DNA of 32,000 nucleotides from a cyanobacterium endosymbiont of Braarudosphaera bigelowii (GTDB lineage: Bacteria; Cyanobacteriota; Cyanobacteriia; Cyanobacteriales; Microcystaceae), in assembly GCF_020885515.1 (NCBI RefSeq), contig NZ_AP024987.1, forward strand, positions 1,440,001 to 1,472,000, in the 5' to 3' direction. Position numbers and translations under genes: made by a program. Position 1 is the stretch's first letter. The number at the start of each line of letters is the position of its first letter. The notes beneath the pieces are model-generated. The model saw nothing but the letters and a program-made list of their open reading frames with translations. It did no database searches and was not told where the DNA came from. Shown piece by piece: positions 1 through 9,556 of the stretch.

Positions 1-46
1 CGATGTTTGCTGTCGTTGCGGGCACAATAACACTAATAGTAGACAT
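1..46 (-). CDS. thrB: homoserine kinase, first 15 codons only (gene runs off the left edge)
   Basis: The minus strand from 46 reads ATG TCT ACT ATT AGT GTT ATT GTG CCC GCA ACG ACA GCA AAC ATC = MSTISVIVPATTANI. This matches the V-PATTAN(L/I)GPGFD N-terminus typical of ThrB/GHMP kinases. Only 15 aa are visible, so the call is tentative. Confidence 0.45.
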   Translation of the reverse strand, partial: MSTISVIVPATTANI

Positions 47-266
47 AGTAAACTTATTGTATAAAAGTCTCTGTATAACTAATTTTTTCTTACGCACCAA
101 ATATGTACAATATTTAGTATATAGAAATTCAAAAATAAAAAGCTACTACTTCTAATTGTTTTTATAGTTCTCTAAAATTAAGAACTATGAAAGACAAATG
201 TAATTAACAATAGATTTTTTATTCAAGATAAAAATTTCTTGATTTAAAAGACTATTTTATTAATAT

Positions 267-1386
267 TCAAGATTGAGTATTAACTGAGTTTACATAATGT
301 AAATAAGCTTCGATAAATAAACTTAGATCACCATCCATCACATCGTTTATGTTTGTAGTTTCTATATTCGTTCTTAAATCTTTGACCATTTGATATGGAT
401 GAAATACATAACTACGAATTTGAGTTCCCCAAGCAGCTTCAACGATATCACCTCTGATTTCAGCAATTTTTTGAGCTCTTTGTTCTTGAGCAATAATTAA
501 CAATTTTGCTTTTAACAAAATAAGAGCTTTTTCTTTATTTTGTAATTGTGAACGTTCTTGCGTACATCGAACTGCAATACCTGTTGGTATATGAACAATA
601 CGAACAGCCGTCTCTACCTTATTAACATTTTGCCCACCCTTACCGCCAGAACGTGTAGTTGTAATTTCCAAGTCTTTATCAGGAATTTCTATCTTGATAT
701 CACCATCTTCTAGTTTTGGCATCACTTCGATTCCAGTAAAGCTTGTTTGACGTTTTCCATTAGCATTAAAAGGAGAAATTCTTACTAACCGATGTGTTCC
801 TTTCTCTCCCTTCAAATACCCAAAAGCGTAACGACCTTCAATTTCTAATGTAGCAGATTTAATACCAGCCTCATCTCCTTCAGAAATTTCAACCAAATTA
901 ACTTTATAGCCCTGACTTTCTCCCCATCTTCTATACATTCTCAGTAACATTTCTGACCAATCTTGAGCATCTGTTCCACCAACTCCTGTATTGATATTCA
1001 GAATAGCTCCTTTGGTATCATAAGTTCCTGATAAAAGTTGTTGCAAATCCCAACTATCTAAATTTTTCTTTAATTGTGTAAGATTACCCTGTGCTTCTTC
1101 TAGTAAGGCTTCGTCATAATCTAATATTAATAACTCTATAATGAGTTTAGTATCTTCTAACTGGTTGTACCATTGATTATATTGTTCTAATTGCGATTTA
1201 AAACTACTAAGTTTTTGTGAAACTTTTTGAGCTATATCAGGACTATCCCAAAAATCAGGCTGGATTGTGGTGTTTTCCAAATCTTTGATACTAGCCTTTA
1301 GAGCTGGTAGGTCAAAGATATTCCTGGGTTTTTCCCAGGCGTATGCTCAAAATTTCAACGTTTTTCTTCAGTTCTGTAATTTCCAT
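267..1386 (-). CDS. prfB: peptide chain release factor 2, made by a programmed +1 frameshift (frame 0: 1386..1315; frame +1: 1313..267)
   Basis: The 337-aa ORF carries the RF2 SPF tripeptide (RISPFNA) and GGQ ([10 protein letters not shown]). A 24-codon leader, [24 protein letters not shown], ends at CTT TGA C, and a +1 slip joins it in frame to [22 protein letters not shown]. Confidence 0.95.
1311..1317 (-). promoter_or_regulatory. RF2 autoregulatory +1 frameshift site CTT TGA C
   Basis: The minus-strand heptamer CTTTGAC has an in-frame TGA at 1314..1312. An SD-like AGGA lies 4 nt upstream. A CCTGGG-AAAAA-CCCAGG hairpin lies at 1323..1339. Confidence 0.9.
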
Positions 1387-1580
1387 ATATTTAACTTTCA
1401 AAGTTATAATTTATCATATGCATTTTTCTATGTAGTTTATAGATATTAGTATTAAAATATATGTTCAAGTAGATTCCAATACTTAGCAGACATCAATTAT
1501 AAACATTTTAAATAAATTAGTCAAAATTCTTTTATAGTACTTATGATCTAAAGTGTTTATCAGCAGAGATAAATTTTCTT

Positions 1581-1632
1581 GTCAACCTATTCTTAAGTTT
1601 TTATTCACATAAAAACTTAAGAATAGGTTGAC
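1581..1632. repeat. perfect 24-bp-stem palindrome with a 4-nt loop (GTCAACCTATTCTTAAGTTTTTAT-TCAC-ATAAAAACTTAAGAATAGGTTGAC)
   Basis: I checked all 24 base pairs by hand and found no mismatches. It lies between the symporter stop (1779) and the prfB start (1386). No clear U-tract follows it on either strand. Confidence 0.85.
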
Positions 1633-1727
1633 TTATTCATCGTACGTTTTGAAAAAACTTCATATACTAAATTATAGTTTATAAATTATTTATCTACTTA
1701 AGCTAATAATGTAATTTAGAATTTAGC

Positions 1728-1767
1728 AAAACATAAAAACTATTTATTCGCTTAGTTTTTATGTTTT
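1728..1767 (-). terminator. candidate intrinsic terminator of the symporter gene
   Basis: AAAACATAAAAACTA (1728-1742) pairs perfectly with TAGTTTTTATGTTTT (1753-1767), giving a 15-bp stem and a 10-nt loop. It starts 12 nt after the stop codon, and the T-run is part of the 3' arm. Confidence 0.4.
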
Positions 1768-1778
1768 TATATTTTATC

Positions 1779-3296
1779 TTAAACTGTAATTGTTTTTTGC
1801 CAATATTTTTTTAATTCTTTCGCTACTTTATTAGATAAAAGAATACATCCTAAAATGTTAGGTATGGCTAGTGTTAACAGCATCATATCACTAAAATCTA
1901 ATACGGCTCCTAAATTTACTACTGAACCAATGAAGATACAAAACAAGAAAACTATTTTAAAAATAATAGAATTTGATTTGCCAAATATATAGATCCAACA
2001 TTGTTCACCGTAATAACACCAAGTAATCATTGTTGAAAATCCAAACATGCACATAATACCTGCCAATACTGCAGGAGACCATTGAATAACTTGAGCAAAA
2101 GCTGTCATGACTAATATAGAGCCATTAATACCATTCCCAACTGTCGTCCAATAAACTTGAGTTGTAGCAATGACTAATGCTGTTAGATTACAGATAACGA
2201 CCGTGTCAAGAAAAGGTTCAAGAATTGAAACGATACCCTCTTGTATTGGTTCCTTTGTTTTTGCAACAGCATGAGCAATTGCAGCAGATCCTAAGCCGGC
2301 ACCATTTGAAAAGACACTGCGTCGGATTCCCTGAATTATGATGCCTACCAATCCCCCTTCCATTCCTCGTGAGGAAAAAGCTTCCGTGAAGATAGAAGCA
2401 AAGGCATGAGGTATCGCAGCAAAGTTAGTTTTCAGAATCCATAGACATCCTAATATGTATATAACTGACATCAAGGGTACTAATCTACTAGTAATAACTC
2501 CTATACGACTAACACCACCAATAATGACTAAGCCTACAAGAAAAGCAAGAACTAGTCCAACAGCCCAGTCATAAGATTGTAGAGCAGGAAAAACAACAGC
2601 TAAAGCCATGAATGACTGATTGACTTGGAACATATTTCCTCCCCCTATTGCTGCACCTATACCGGCAAAACAGTAAGCTACAGCTAATATTTTACCTAAC
2701 TTTTCTTTTCCTATTTCCTTCAATCCTCTAGAAAGATAGTACATTGGACCACCAACAGTGGTTCCATCTAAACCTATAGTTCGGTATTGAGATCCTAAGG
2801 TACACTCCACAAATTTGCTAGACATTCCAAATATTCCAGCTAGTGTCATCCAAAATACTGTACCTGTACCTCCTAGCTGAATAGCAATAGCTACACCTGA
2901 AATATTACCTAGTCCTATACTGGCTGACAAGGCCGTTGTTAAGGCTTGAAAAGAAGATATTTCTCCTTGAACTTCATTTTCAGAATCAATTTCATCAGGA
3001 TAATTTACGTTATCCACTAATTGGGATTTCGACTTTTGGTTTTTATAGAAACTAATATTTTTCTTAGAAGATGTAGGCTTCTTATTATGGCTTTTATGTT
3101 GACTGTAGACTATTTTTAAAGCTTGTTTGAAGCCAACAATATTAATAAATCCCATTCTTAATGTGAAAAAAATACCTCCCATTAATATCCAAAATATTAT
3201 TACGGGAAAATGAGCAATCTCAAAGAAGAGTATTTGTTTAATAAAAGTAACTAGGTTCGAAAAAAAATAATCAATATTATAAAGGAAATGATTCAC
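1779..3296 (-). CDS. alanine/glycine:cation (sodium:alanine) symporter family transporter (AGCS)
   Basis: The 505-aa polytopic protein has the family core [34 protein letters not shown] ... [11 protein letters not shown]. It uses a GTG start at 3296; the next in-frame Met would delete TM1. It has a K/N/S-rich insertion at about aa 64-108. Confidence 0.9.
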   Translation of the reverse strand: [505 protein letters not shown]

Positions 3297-3300
3297 AGAT

Positions 3301-3921
3301 CTAATGTAAAAAGCTACTACTTAGCCAAAAAATAAAAAATACAATAATACTAACAAAAGATTGACTAAATTCTCTTGTAGTGTTGGGATCATAAAATAGT
3401 TGAATAATGCTTCCCCCGATAATCATTCCTAAGCTCAACATAGTTAAAGTAATTAGTAAAGCACGATTAAATTTATTTTCCTTTTTATTTAGAAAATAAA
3501 TATTAACAAAAACTCCTAACGCTAAGAAAAGTGGAGTTAGAGAAGACTGAGGACGCAAAAATCCTACTAAAAGTGATAGAGCAAGAAATATTCCTGTCTT
3601 CAATAAGATATCATTAAAAGACGGAATATCAATAAATTGTTGAACCCAATGAAACATACTTTTGAAATTAGAGACTGGGAATTTAGAACTAATTTCTCTC
3701 TGATGTTCAGCGAATCGAATATTATCAGGTACACTAACCTTGCCTTCTTGACGTAGCTTCAATCGCTCCATGACGATAGCATCGTAAGCAGATTCAATAC
3801 TTTCCATAGTTTCAAAACTATCACTATGCTTTTGGCTCAAATGATCTTTCGCTTTTTGAATTTCTTCAAAAGGGGCTGTTTCTGAAACACCTAACTTTTC
3901 ATAGGGAGTTTTTTCACTCAT
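3301..3921 (-). CDS. J-like domain membrane protein (DUF3353 / CPP1-CDF1-like), lacking the HPD tripeptide
   Basis: The N-terminus PYEKLGVSETAPFEEIQKAKDHLSQKHSDS resembles DnaJ helices I-II, but KHSDS replaces HPD. The C-terminal half has about 4 hydrophobic helices. The stop codon is 4 nt from the symporter GTG. Confidence 0.6.
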   Translation of the reverse strand: MSEKTPYEKLGVSETAPFEEIQKAKDHLSQKHSDSFETMESIESAYDAIVMERLKLRQEGKVSVPDNIRFAEHQREISSKFPVSNFKSMFHWVQQFIDIPSFNDILLKTGIFLALSLLVGFLRPQSSLTPLFLALGVFVNIYFLNKKENKFNRALLITLTMLSLGMIIGGSIIQLFYDPNTTREFSQSFVSIIVFFIFWLSSSFLH

Positions 3922-4147
3922 CTGATATTTTCTTCCATATCTTCTTACTCATATTACCTAAATAAATAGGTTTTCTAACTTACTTTTTTAAGAAATTAAT
4001 TTTATTCAAGAATTTTAAGCTGTTAAAACGTTTCAAATAAAAGCAATTTTTCTCTTAGAAGTTTAGATGTAAAAGTTTTAGAGACATAACTAAAGAAAAT
4101 TGTCTTAGCTAGAAATAATATTCTAAAATCTAAGTATTACTTTTATC

Positions 4148-4420
4148 TTAAGAGTTATGAATACTTGATTTGTTAACATTTGATTGGGATGAACTATCCG
4201 TTTTATTATCTTCAAGTTCAGCATTAATACTTAAAGAATCTTGAAGATGTTGAGTTTCTCGTTTAAACTCATCTTCAAATTCTTTGGAAGCATCTTGAAA
4301 TCCTCTAACAGCTTTACCTAGACTACGTCCAATTTCAGGTAATTTTTTAGGACCAAATACCAACAAGCTAATAATTAAAATCAACGCCATTTCTGGTAAT
4401 CCAATACCAAAGATATTCAT
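4148..4420 (-). CDS. tatA: twin-arginine translocase subunit TatA/E
   Basis: MNIFGIGLPEMALILIISLLVFGPKKLPEIGRSLGKAVRGFQ is the canonical TatA TM helix plus amphipathic helix. An acidic, polar tail follows. Confidence 0.93.
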   Translation of the reverse strand: MNIFGIGLPEMALILIISLLVFGPKKLPEIGRSLGKAVRGFQDASKEFEDEFKRETQHLQDSLSINAELEDNKTDSSSQSNVNKSSIHNS

Positions 4421-4967
4421 AAATTACTCCTTAAAATAAAAATCTACTTTCTATTCTATACTTACATTCAACTAAAACTGATACTTAGAAAATAAAAAAT
4501 TTAGCTCTTCTCAAGAATAAATAACTTTTCTATCCATGTCTATGTATCTATTTACTATCTTAATAATATTAGTTTCAAATTAAAAAGAACCATAGCTTGT
4601 ATTTTCTAATAAAAAAATACTAAACATTATTAATTTCACAAAGATACTTAAGCTGTGTTTTATTCCCAGAGTATCTTTCTATATTAGCCTATCGAGTAAT
4701 CTTATATGTTAGATACAATTTGCCCTGTTTACAATAATAATGAATAGTTATGCAACTATTGTTGTAAGTATATTCGACTAGATTAATTTCTCCTATAATC
4801 TTTATAGCTTTATATTTATCTAAAATTCTTTAATTCTTACTATCTTATAGTTTATTTTTTATGATTATTTCATAGTAAGTAGAATGATTTGAGTAGATAA
4901 AATACGGATATATTTCTTCTATTAATTTTACAGAATTGCAAGACTGAGTTGAGCTGTCAGATAAAAG

Positions 4968-6743
4968 TTACCTATCTAATTTAAAAGCACTATGAACCGC
5001 ATTCAAAGCTTGTATTCCCTTGTCTTTTGTAACTACACAACTAATTTTAATTTCTGAAGTTGCAATCATTTTAATATTTATATTTTCAGCTGCTAATGCT
5101 TCAAAAAATTGAGCTGCTATTCCAGGCTTTTCTGCCATACCTGCACCAACAATACTGACTTTAGCAATATTCTCATCTATCAATATTTCATCAAAACCAT
5201 CCGATAATTTTTTGAGTACTGAGTAAGCAAGCTCAGAATTTCCTTGAGCTACAGTAAATGCCATATCACGTGTAGGTTCTCCAGAAAAGATACGACAACG
5301 TTGAGATTGAATAATAGTATCTACACTAATATTATTTTTTGCCAATACTCCAAAAATATTAGCTGCCATTCCAGGTTTATCCTTTACACGTCGGATTGCA
5401 ATTTGAACCAATTTTGTATCTAGAGCAACTCCTCTAACAGGTGGAATATTAGAAATAGTTGGCGAGATATTTACTGTAGGTGAAGCTTTTATTTCGAACG
5501 CTTTCGATAATGATTGTATTGCGCGGTAACTATCATTCTGCGCAATAACACAACTAATTTTAATTTCTGAGGTTGCAATCATTTCAATATTTATATTTTG
5601 CTCAGCAAGAGTCTTAAACATTTTTGCAGCTATACCAGGACGGCCAATCATTCCTGCCCCTGCTATAGCAATTTTAGCTACTCTTTTTTCTACAATAACT
5701 TCGACTTCTTCGGAATAGTTAGAATTAGTGCAAAAAGTTGAAGCAATTGCATCAGCAACTGATTCTGCTTGCCCTAGAGAGTTTTCTACTACTGTAAATG
5801 CTATATCATTACCGTTTTTTTCATAAATTGATTGGATAATAAGATCTACATTTACTTTTTGGGAAGCAATTTCTCTTAAAAGATGAGCTGCGATACCAGG
5901 ACGATCTGGAACTTTCAGAAGTGCAACTTTTGCTTGATTTTCATCTAATTCTATTCCATCTACTGCTTTTGTAATTTCCAAACCATTTAATGATCTAGAT
6001 TGTGGAACAGGTGATGTAACAAGTGTTCCAGGATTATCACTCCAACTAGAACGTACAATTAAAGGAAGTCCATAGTTCCGAGCAATTTCTACAGCTCTTG
6101 GATGTAAAACCTGTGCACCCAAACTTGCTAATTCTAACATTTCATCAGAAGTAATTTCTTTAATAAGTTGAGCACCTTGAACTAAGTGAGGATCAGTTGT
6201 AAGAATACCTGAAACATCTGTATAAATTTCACAACAGTTAGCTTTTAAAGAAGCAGCCAAAGCCACTGCTGAAGTATCAGAACCACCACGTCCAAGAGTT
6301 GTTATTTCTAAACTATCAATACAACTAATTCCTTGAAACCCTGCAACAACTACAATTTCATTTTTATGAAGGTGACGTTGAATTCTATCGGGCTTAATAG
6401 ACAAAATTCTTGCATAGCTATGTTCCGCTTCTGTAACAATTCCTACCTGAGCACCAGTTAAAGAAATAGCCTTTTTACCTAACTTTTGTAATGCCATAGT
6501 CATAAGAGCAATGGTTACTTGTTCTCCGGTAGATAACAACATATCCATTTCTCTCCGTGAAGGATTAGGAGTTATCTCTTGCGACAGCTTTACTAAGGTA
6601 TCAGTGGTTTTGCCCATTGCAGAAACTACTACAACTATCTTATTATCCTTATTAGAAATTTTACAGATACGCTGAGCAACGGTTTGGATACGTTCCACTG
6701 ACCCTACAGAAGTTCCTCCATATTTCTGGACAATTAAAGTCAT
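4968..6743 (-). CDS. lysC: aspartate kinase, long cyanobacterial form with two tandem ACT-ACT pairs
   Basis: The N-terminus is VQKYGGTSVGS, followed by the amino-acid kinase fold. The regulatory region is duplicated: ...IAGAGMIGRPGIAAKMF...INIEMIATSEIKISCV... is repeated as ...IVGAGMAEKPGIAAQFF...INIKMIATSEIKISCV.... The protein is 591 aa. Confidence 0.95.
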   Translation of the reverse strand: MTLIVQKYGGTSVGSVERIQTVAQRICKISNKDNKIVVVVSAMGKTTDTLVKLSQEITPNPSRREMDMLLSTGEQVTIALMTMALQKLGKKAISLTGAQVGIVTEAEHSYARILSIKPDRIQRHLHKNEIVVVAGFQGISCIDSLEITTLGRGGSDTSAVALAASLKANCCEIYTDVSGILTTDPHLVQGAQLIKEITSDEMLELASLGAQVLHPRAVEIARNYGLPLIVRSSWSDNPGTLVTSPVPQSRSLNGLEITKAVDGIELDENQAKVALLKVPDRPGIAAHLLREIASQKVNVDLIIQSIYEKNGNDIAFTVVENSLGQAESVADAIASTFCTNSNYSEEVEVIVEKRVAKIAIAGAGMIGRPGIAAKMFKTLAEQNINIEMIATSEIKISCVIAQNDSYRAIQSLSKAFEIKASPTVNISPTISNIPPVRGVALDTKLVQIAIRRVKDKPGMAANIFGVLAKNNISVDTIIQSQRCRIFSGEPTRDMAFTVAQGNSELAYSVLKKLSDGFDEILIDENIAKVSIVGAGMAEKPGIAAQFFEALAAENINIKMIATSEIKISCVVTKDKGIQALNAVHSAFKLDR

Positions 6744-7188
6744 AATTCAAATGAAAATAATATATTAACTGTTAAATTTAACAAAATCTTATAAATGATA
6801 AAGATTATCAACTACATTTCCTTATAATTTATGGAATATAAATAACTAGAAAATTAAAAAAAACATATAACTTCAGGTAATACAAAATGAAGATAATTTT
6901 TAAAAAATACTCTAATAATTATTATTTAATGTCTATGGAATTCTAAAAACTTATGTAATTACATTATTATCTGATAATAATATGTAAAGCTAGGAAATTT
7001 TGAGCTATTTTTTATTAGTTATTGCAGTGATTAAGCAATGAGATTGAAGTAGATCTATATAAAGTTAGGATTCAAAATGATAAGAAAGAAATTTCGAAAG
7101 CTTATTATAAGCTTTGAGAAAATTGTTACAATTTTCAAGTTAATTGTTAGTCTACCCAAAAATATAAAGTAAATCATTTTAATTATTT

Positions 7189-9114
7189 ATGAAAACGCAA
7201 CATCAAATTAATCAAAAATTAAAATCATCACTTGATAACGCTATTGATATCAGTCAAAAATATATACTTTCTTTACAAAATTCCGAAGGCTATTGGCTAG
7301 GAGAACTAGAATCTAATGTAACTCTTACTGCAGAAACTGTTTTAATTTATAAGATTTGGGGAATATTTGAAAACCTCCCAAAGTCTAAAATTGAAGCTTA
7401 TTTATGTAATAAACAAAACAAATATGGTGGTTGGGAACTTTTCTATGGGGATGGTGGAGAGATCAGTACATCTATTGAAGCATATATGGCACTTAGACTT
7501 TTAGGATTGTCTAAAGACAATCCTGTCTTAGTTAGTGCCAGAAAATTTATTCTTAGCAGAGGAGGAATTTCTAAAGCTAGAATTTTTACTAAGTTTCATT
7601 TAGCTTTGATTGGTTGCTATTCATGGGAAGGTCTCCCATCTATTCCTCCATCAATTATGGTTTTAAGTAATAACTTTCCTTTTACAATTTATGAAATGGC
7701 TAGTTGGGCACGAGAAAGTACTGTACCATTAATAATTGTTTTTGATAAAAAGCCAATTTTCCCAATTAATCCATCCTTCAACCTTAATGAACTATATGTA
7801 GAGGATATAGAAAAGGTTCAGTACAAACTTCCTTACACGAATAGTTGGACTGATATTTTTTTATGGCTAGACAAAATATTCCAATTACTAGGAAAATTTA
7901 ATTTAATTCCTTTTAGAGAGAGAGGTTTAAAAGAAGCAGAGAAATGGATATTAGACCATCAACAAGAAAGTGGAGATTGGGGAGGGATAATGCCTCCAAT
8001 GTTAAATTCTCTAATTGCATTCAAAACTTTAGGATATGATATAGAGGATCCCTCTGTTAAAAGAGGTTTTGAAGCTATTCAACGTTTTGCTATAGAAAAA
8101 GATCAAGACTATTATGTTCAAGCTTGTGTATCTCCTGTATGGGATACAGCTTGGATGATAAGAGCTTTAACTGAGTCAGGGCTGTCAAAAGATCACCGTT
8201 CTCTTCAAATAGCCGGAGATTGGTTATTAAGTAAACAATGTTTAGACTACGGAGATTGGGCAATTAAAAATAAGATTGGAAAACCTGGAGGATGGGCATT
8301 CGAGTTCACCAATCGTTTTTATCCTGATATTGATGACTCAGCAGCTGTAATTATGGCACTTGAGGGAATTACTCTTGTAAATGAGCAACAGAAAAAAGCG
8401 GCTATTAATCGTTGTCTTCAGTGGATAAAGACAATGCAGTGTAAAACTGGAGGATGGGCAGCTTTCGATATAGATAATAATCAAGCTTGGTTAAATGAAG
8501 TTCCTTATGGGGATCTGAAGGCAATGATTGATCCAAATAGTGCCGATATAACTGCAAGAGTATTAGAAATGTTGGGTTCATGTAATTTAGAAATGTCTGA
8601 TGAACGCACTGCAAAAGCCCTTAATTATTTATATGATGAGCAGGAAAAAGATGGCAGTTGGTTTGGGAGATGGGGTGTTAATTACATTTATGGAACTAGT
8701 GGAGTATTGTCTGCATTAGCAGTTCTTCATCCTGACAAAAATTATTCTCAGTTAAAGAGAGGAGTTAGTTGGCTATTAAGCTGTCAAAATGAAGATGGTG
8801 GATGGGGAGAAACTTGCTTAAGTTATGATAATCCTGAACTAAAAGGAGAAGGTATAAGTACTGCCTCTCAAACTGCTTGGTCTTTAATTGGTTTACTAGA
8901 TGCAGGAAAAGCTTTAGATAACTTTGCAATCAATCATATTGATAGAGGTATAAACTATCTAGTGAAAACTCAAACATCGACAGGAGAATGGAAAGAGAAA
9001 GAATTTACTGGAACTGGCTTTCCTTCTCATTTTTATATAAGGTATCACCTCTACTCCAATTATTTTCCTCTGATTGCTCTAGGACGTTATCAAAAGCTTA
9101 GACATTTATTTTAA
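7189..9114 (+). CDS. shc: squalene-hopene cyclase
   Basis: The protein is 641 aa. It has the DxDD protonation motif (YPDIDDSAAV) and multiple QW repeats (QNSEGYW, QNKYGGW, QQESGDWGG, QCKTGGW, QEKDGSW, QNEDGGWGE, QTSTGEW). Confidence 0.95.
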   Translation: MKTQHQINQKLKSSLDNAIDISQKYILSLQNSEGYWLGELESNVTLTAETVLIYKIWGIFENLPKSKIEAYLCNKQNKYGGWELFYGDGGEISTSIEAYMALRLLGLSKDNPVLVSARKFILSRGGISKARIFTKFHLALIGCYSWEGLPSIPPSIMVLSNNFPFTIYEMASWARESTVPLIIVFDKKPIFPINPSFNLNELYVEDIEKVQYKLPYTNSWTDIFLWLDKIFQLLGKFNLIPFRERGLKEAEKWILDHQQESGDWGGIMPPMLNSLIAFKTLGYDIEDPSVKRGFEAIQRFAIEKDQDYYVQACVSPVWDTAWMIRALTESGLSKDHRSLQIAGDWLLSKQCLDYGDWAIKNKIGKPGGWAFEFTNRFYPDIDDSAAVIMALEGITLVNEQQKKAAINRCLQWIKTMQCKTGGWAAFDIDNNQAWLNEVPYGDLKAMIDPNSADITARVLEMLGSCNLEMSDERTAKALNYLYDEQEKDGSWFGRWGVNYIYGTSGVLSALAVLHPDKNYSQLKRGVSWLLSCQNEDGGWGETCLSYDNPELKGEGISTASQTAWSLIGLLDAGKALDNFAINHIDRGINYLVKTQTSTGEWKEKEFTGTGFPSHFYIRYHLYSNYFPLIALGRYQKLRHLF

Positions 9115-9403
9115 TCTATCTATAAAAATAATTTTTAACAATCTTCATTTTTCGTGAAAAGAATATATTAAGATAGAGACATAAATGATTTAGTTAATAA
9201 AATCCTAAATTATATTATACCGATTAAAAATAAGTATAAAAAATAGTACCTATCTTTGCTATATAATTTTTATCTCGGCAAAAAATACTTATTTCTAAAA
9301 TCTTATTTTATTTCTTTTTTAACATATTACTCAGTTAGTTTGAATAATAAATAAACATGAGAATATTTAAATATTGATGTAAATTATTGATGTTTAATAT
9401 ACA

Positions 9404-9439
9404 AAAAAATACTAACTATATTTGTAGTTAGTATTTTTT
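9404..9439. terminator. candidate bidirectional intrinsic terminator between convergent shc and the SRPBCC gene
   Basis: AAAAAATACTAACTA (9404-9418) pairs with TAGTTAGTATTTTTT (9425-9439), giving a 15-bp perfect stem and a 6-nt loop. The A-run/T-run arms provide a U-tract in both directions. Confidence 0.45.
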
Positions 9440-9556
9440 GAAATAACGTTATTAAGAGATAAAGAAACAAACTATACCAAGTTTTTGGAAATTACATAAA
9501 TTATAAACATATTGCAAACAGAATATAATAAAAAAGTACAATGAAATATTTGATAA

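Noticed and set aside
1267-1449. 60-aa plus-strand ORF overlapping the prfB leader
   Set aside because: It lies antisense to the prfB frame-0 leader and frameshift site. Its sequence is low-complexity F/Y/N-rich with no recognisable motif. The prfB recoding model fully explains this region.
6770-6783. Short perfect palindromes near promoters: TGTTAAATTTAACA (6770-6783), AAAGCTTAT-T-ATAAGCTTT (7097-7115) and ATACCAATT-T-AATTGGTAT (13417-13435)
   Set aside because: With a chance match of about 0.29 per pair in this composition, several 7-bp to 9-bp-arm palindromes are expected in 32 kb. They may be operators, but the sequence alone gives no support.
8405-8614. 69-aa minus-strand ORF inside shc
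   Set aside because: It is a shadow ORF antisense to a well-supported, motif-rich SHC coding frame.
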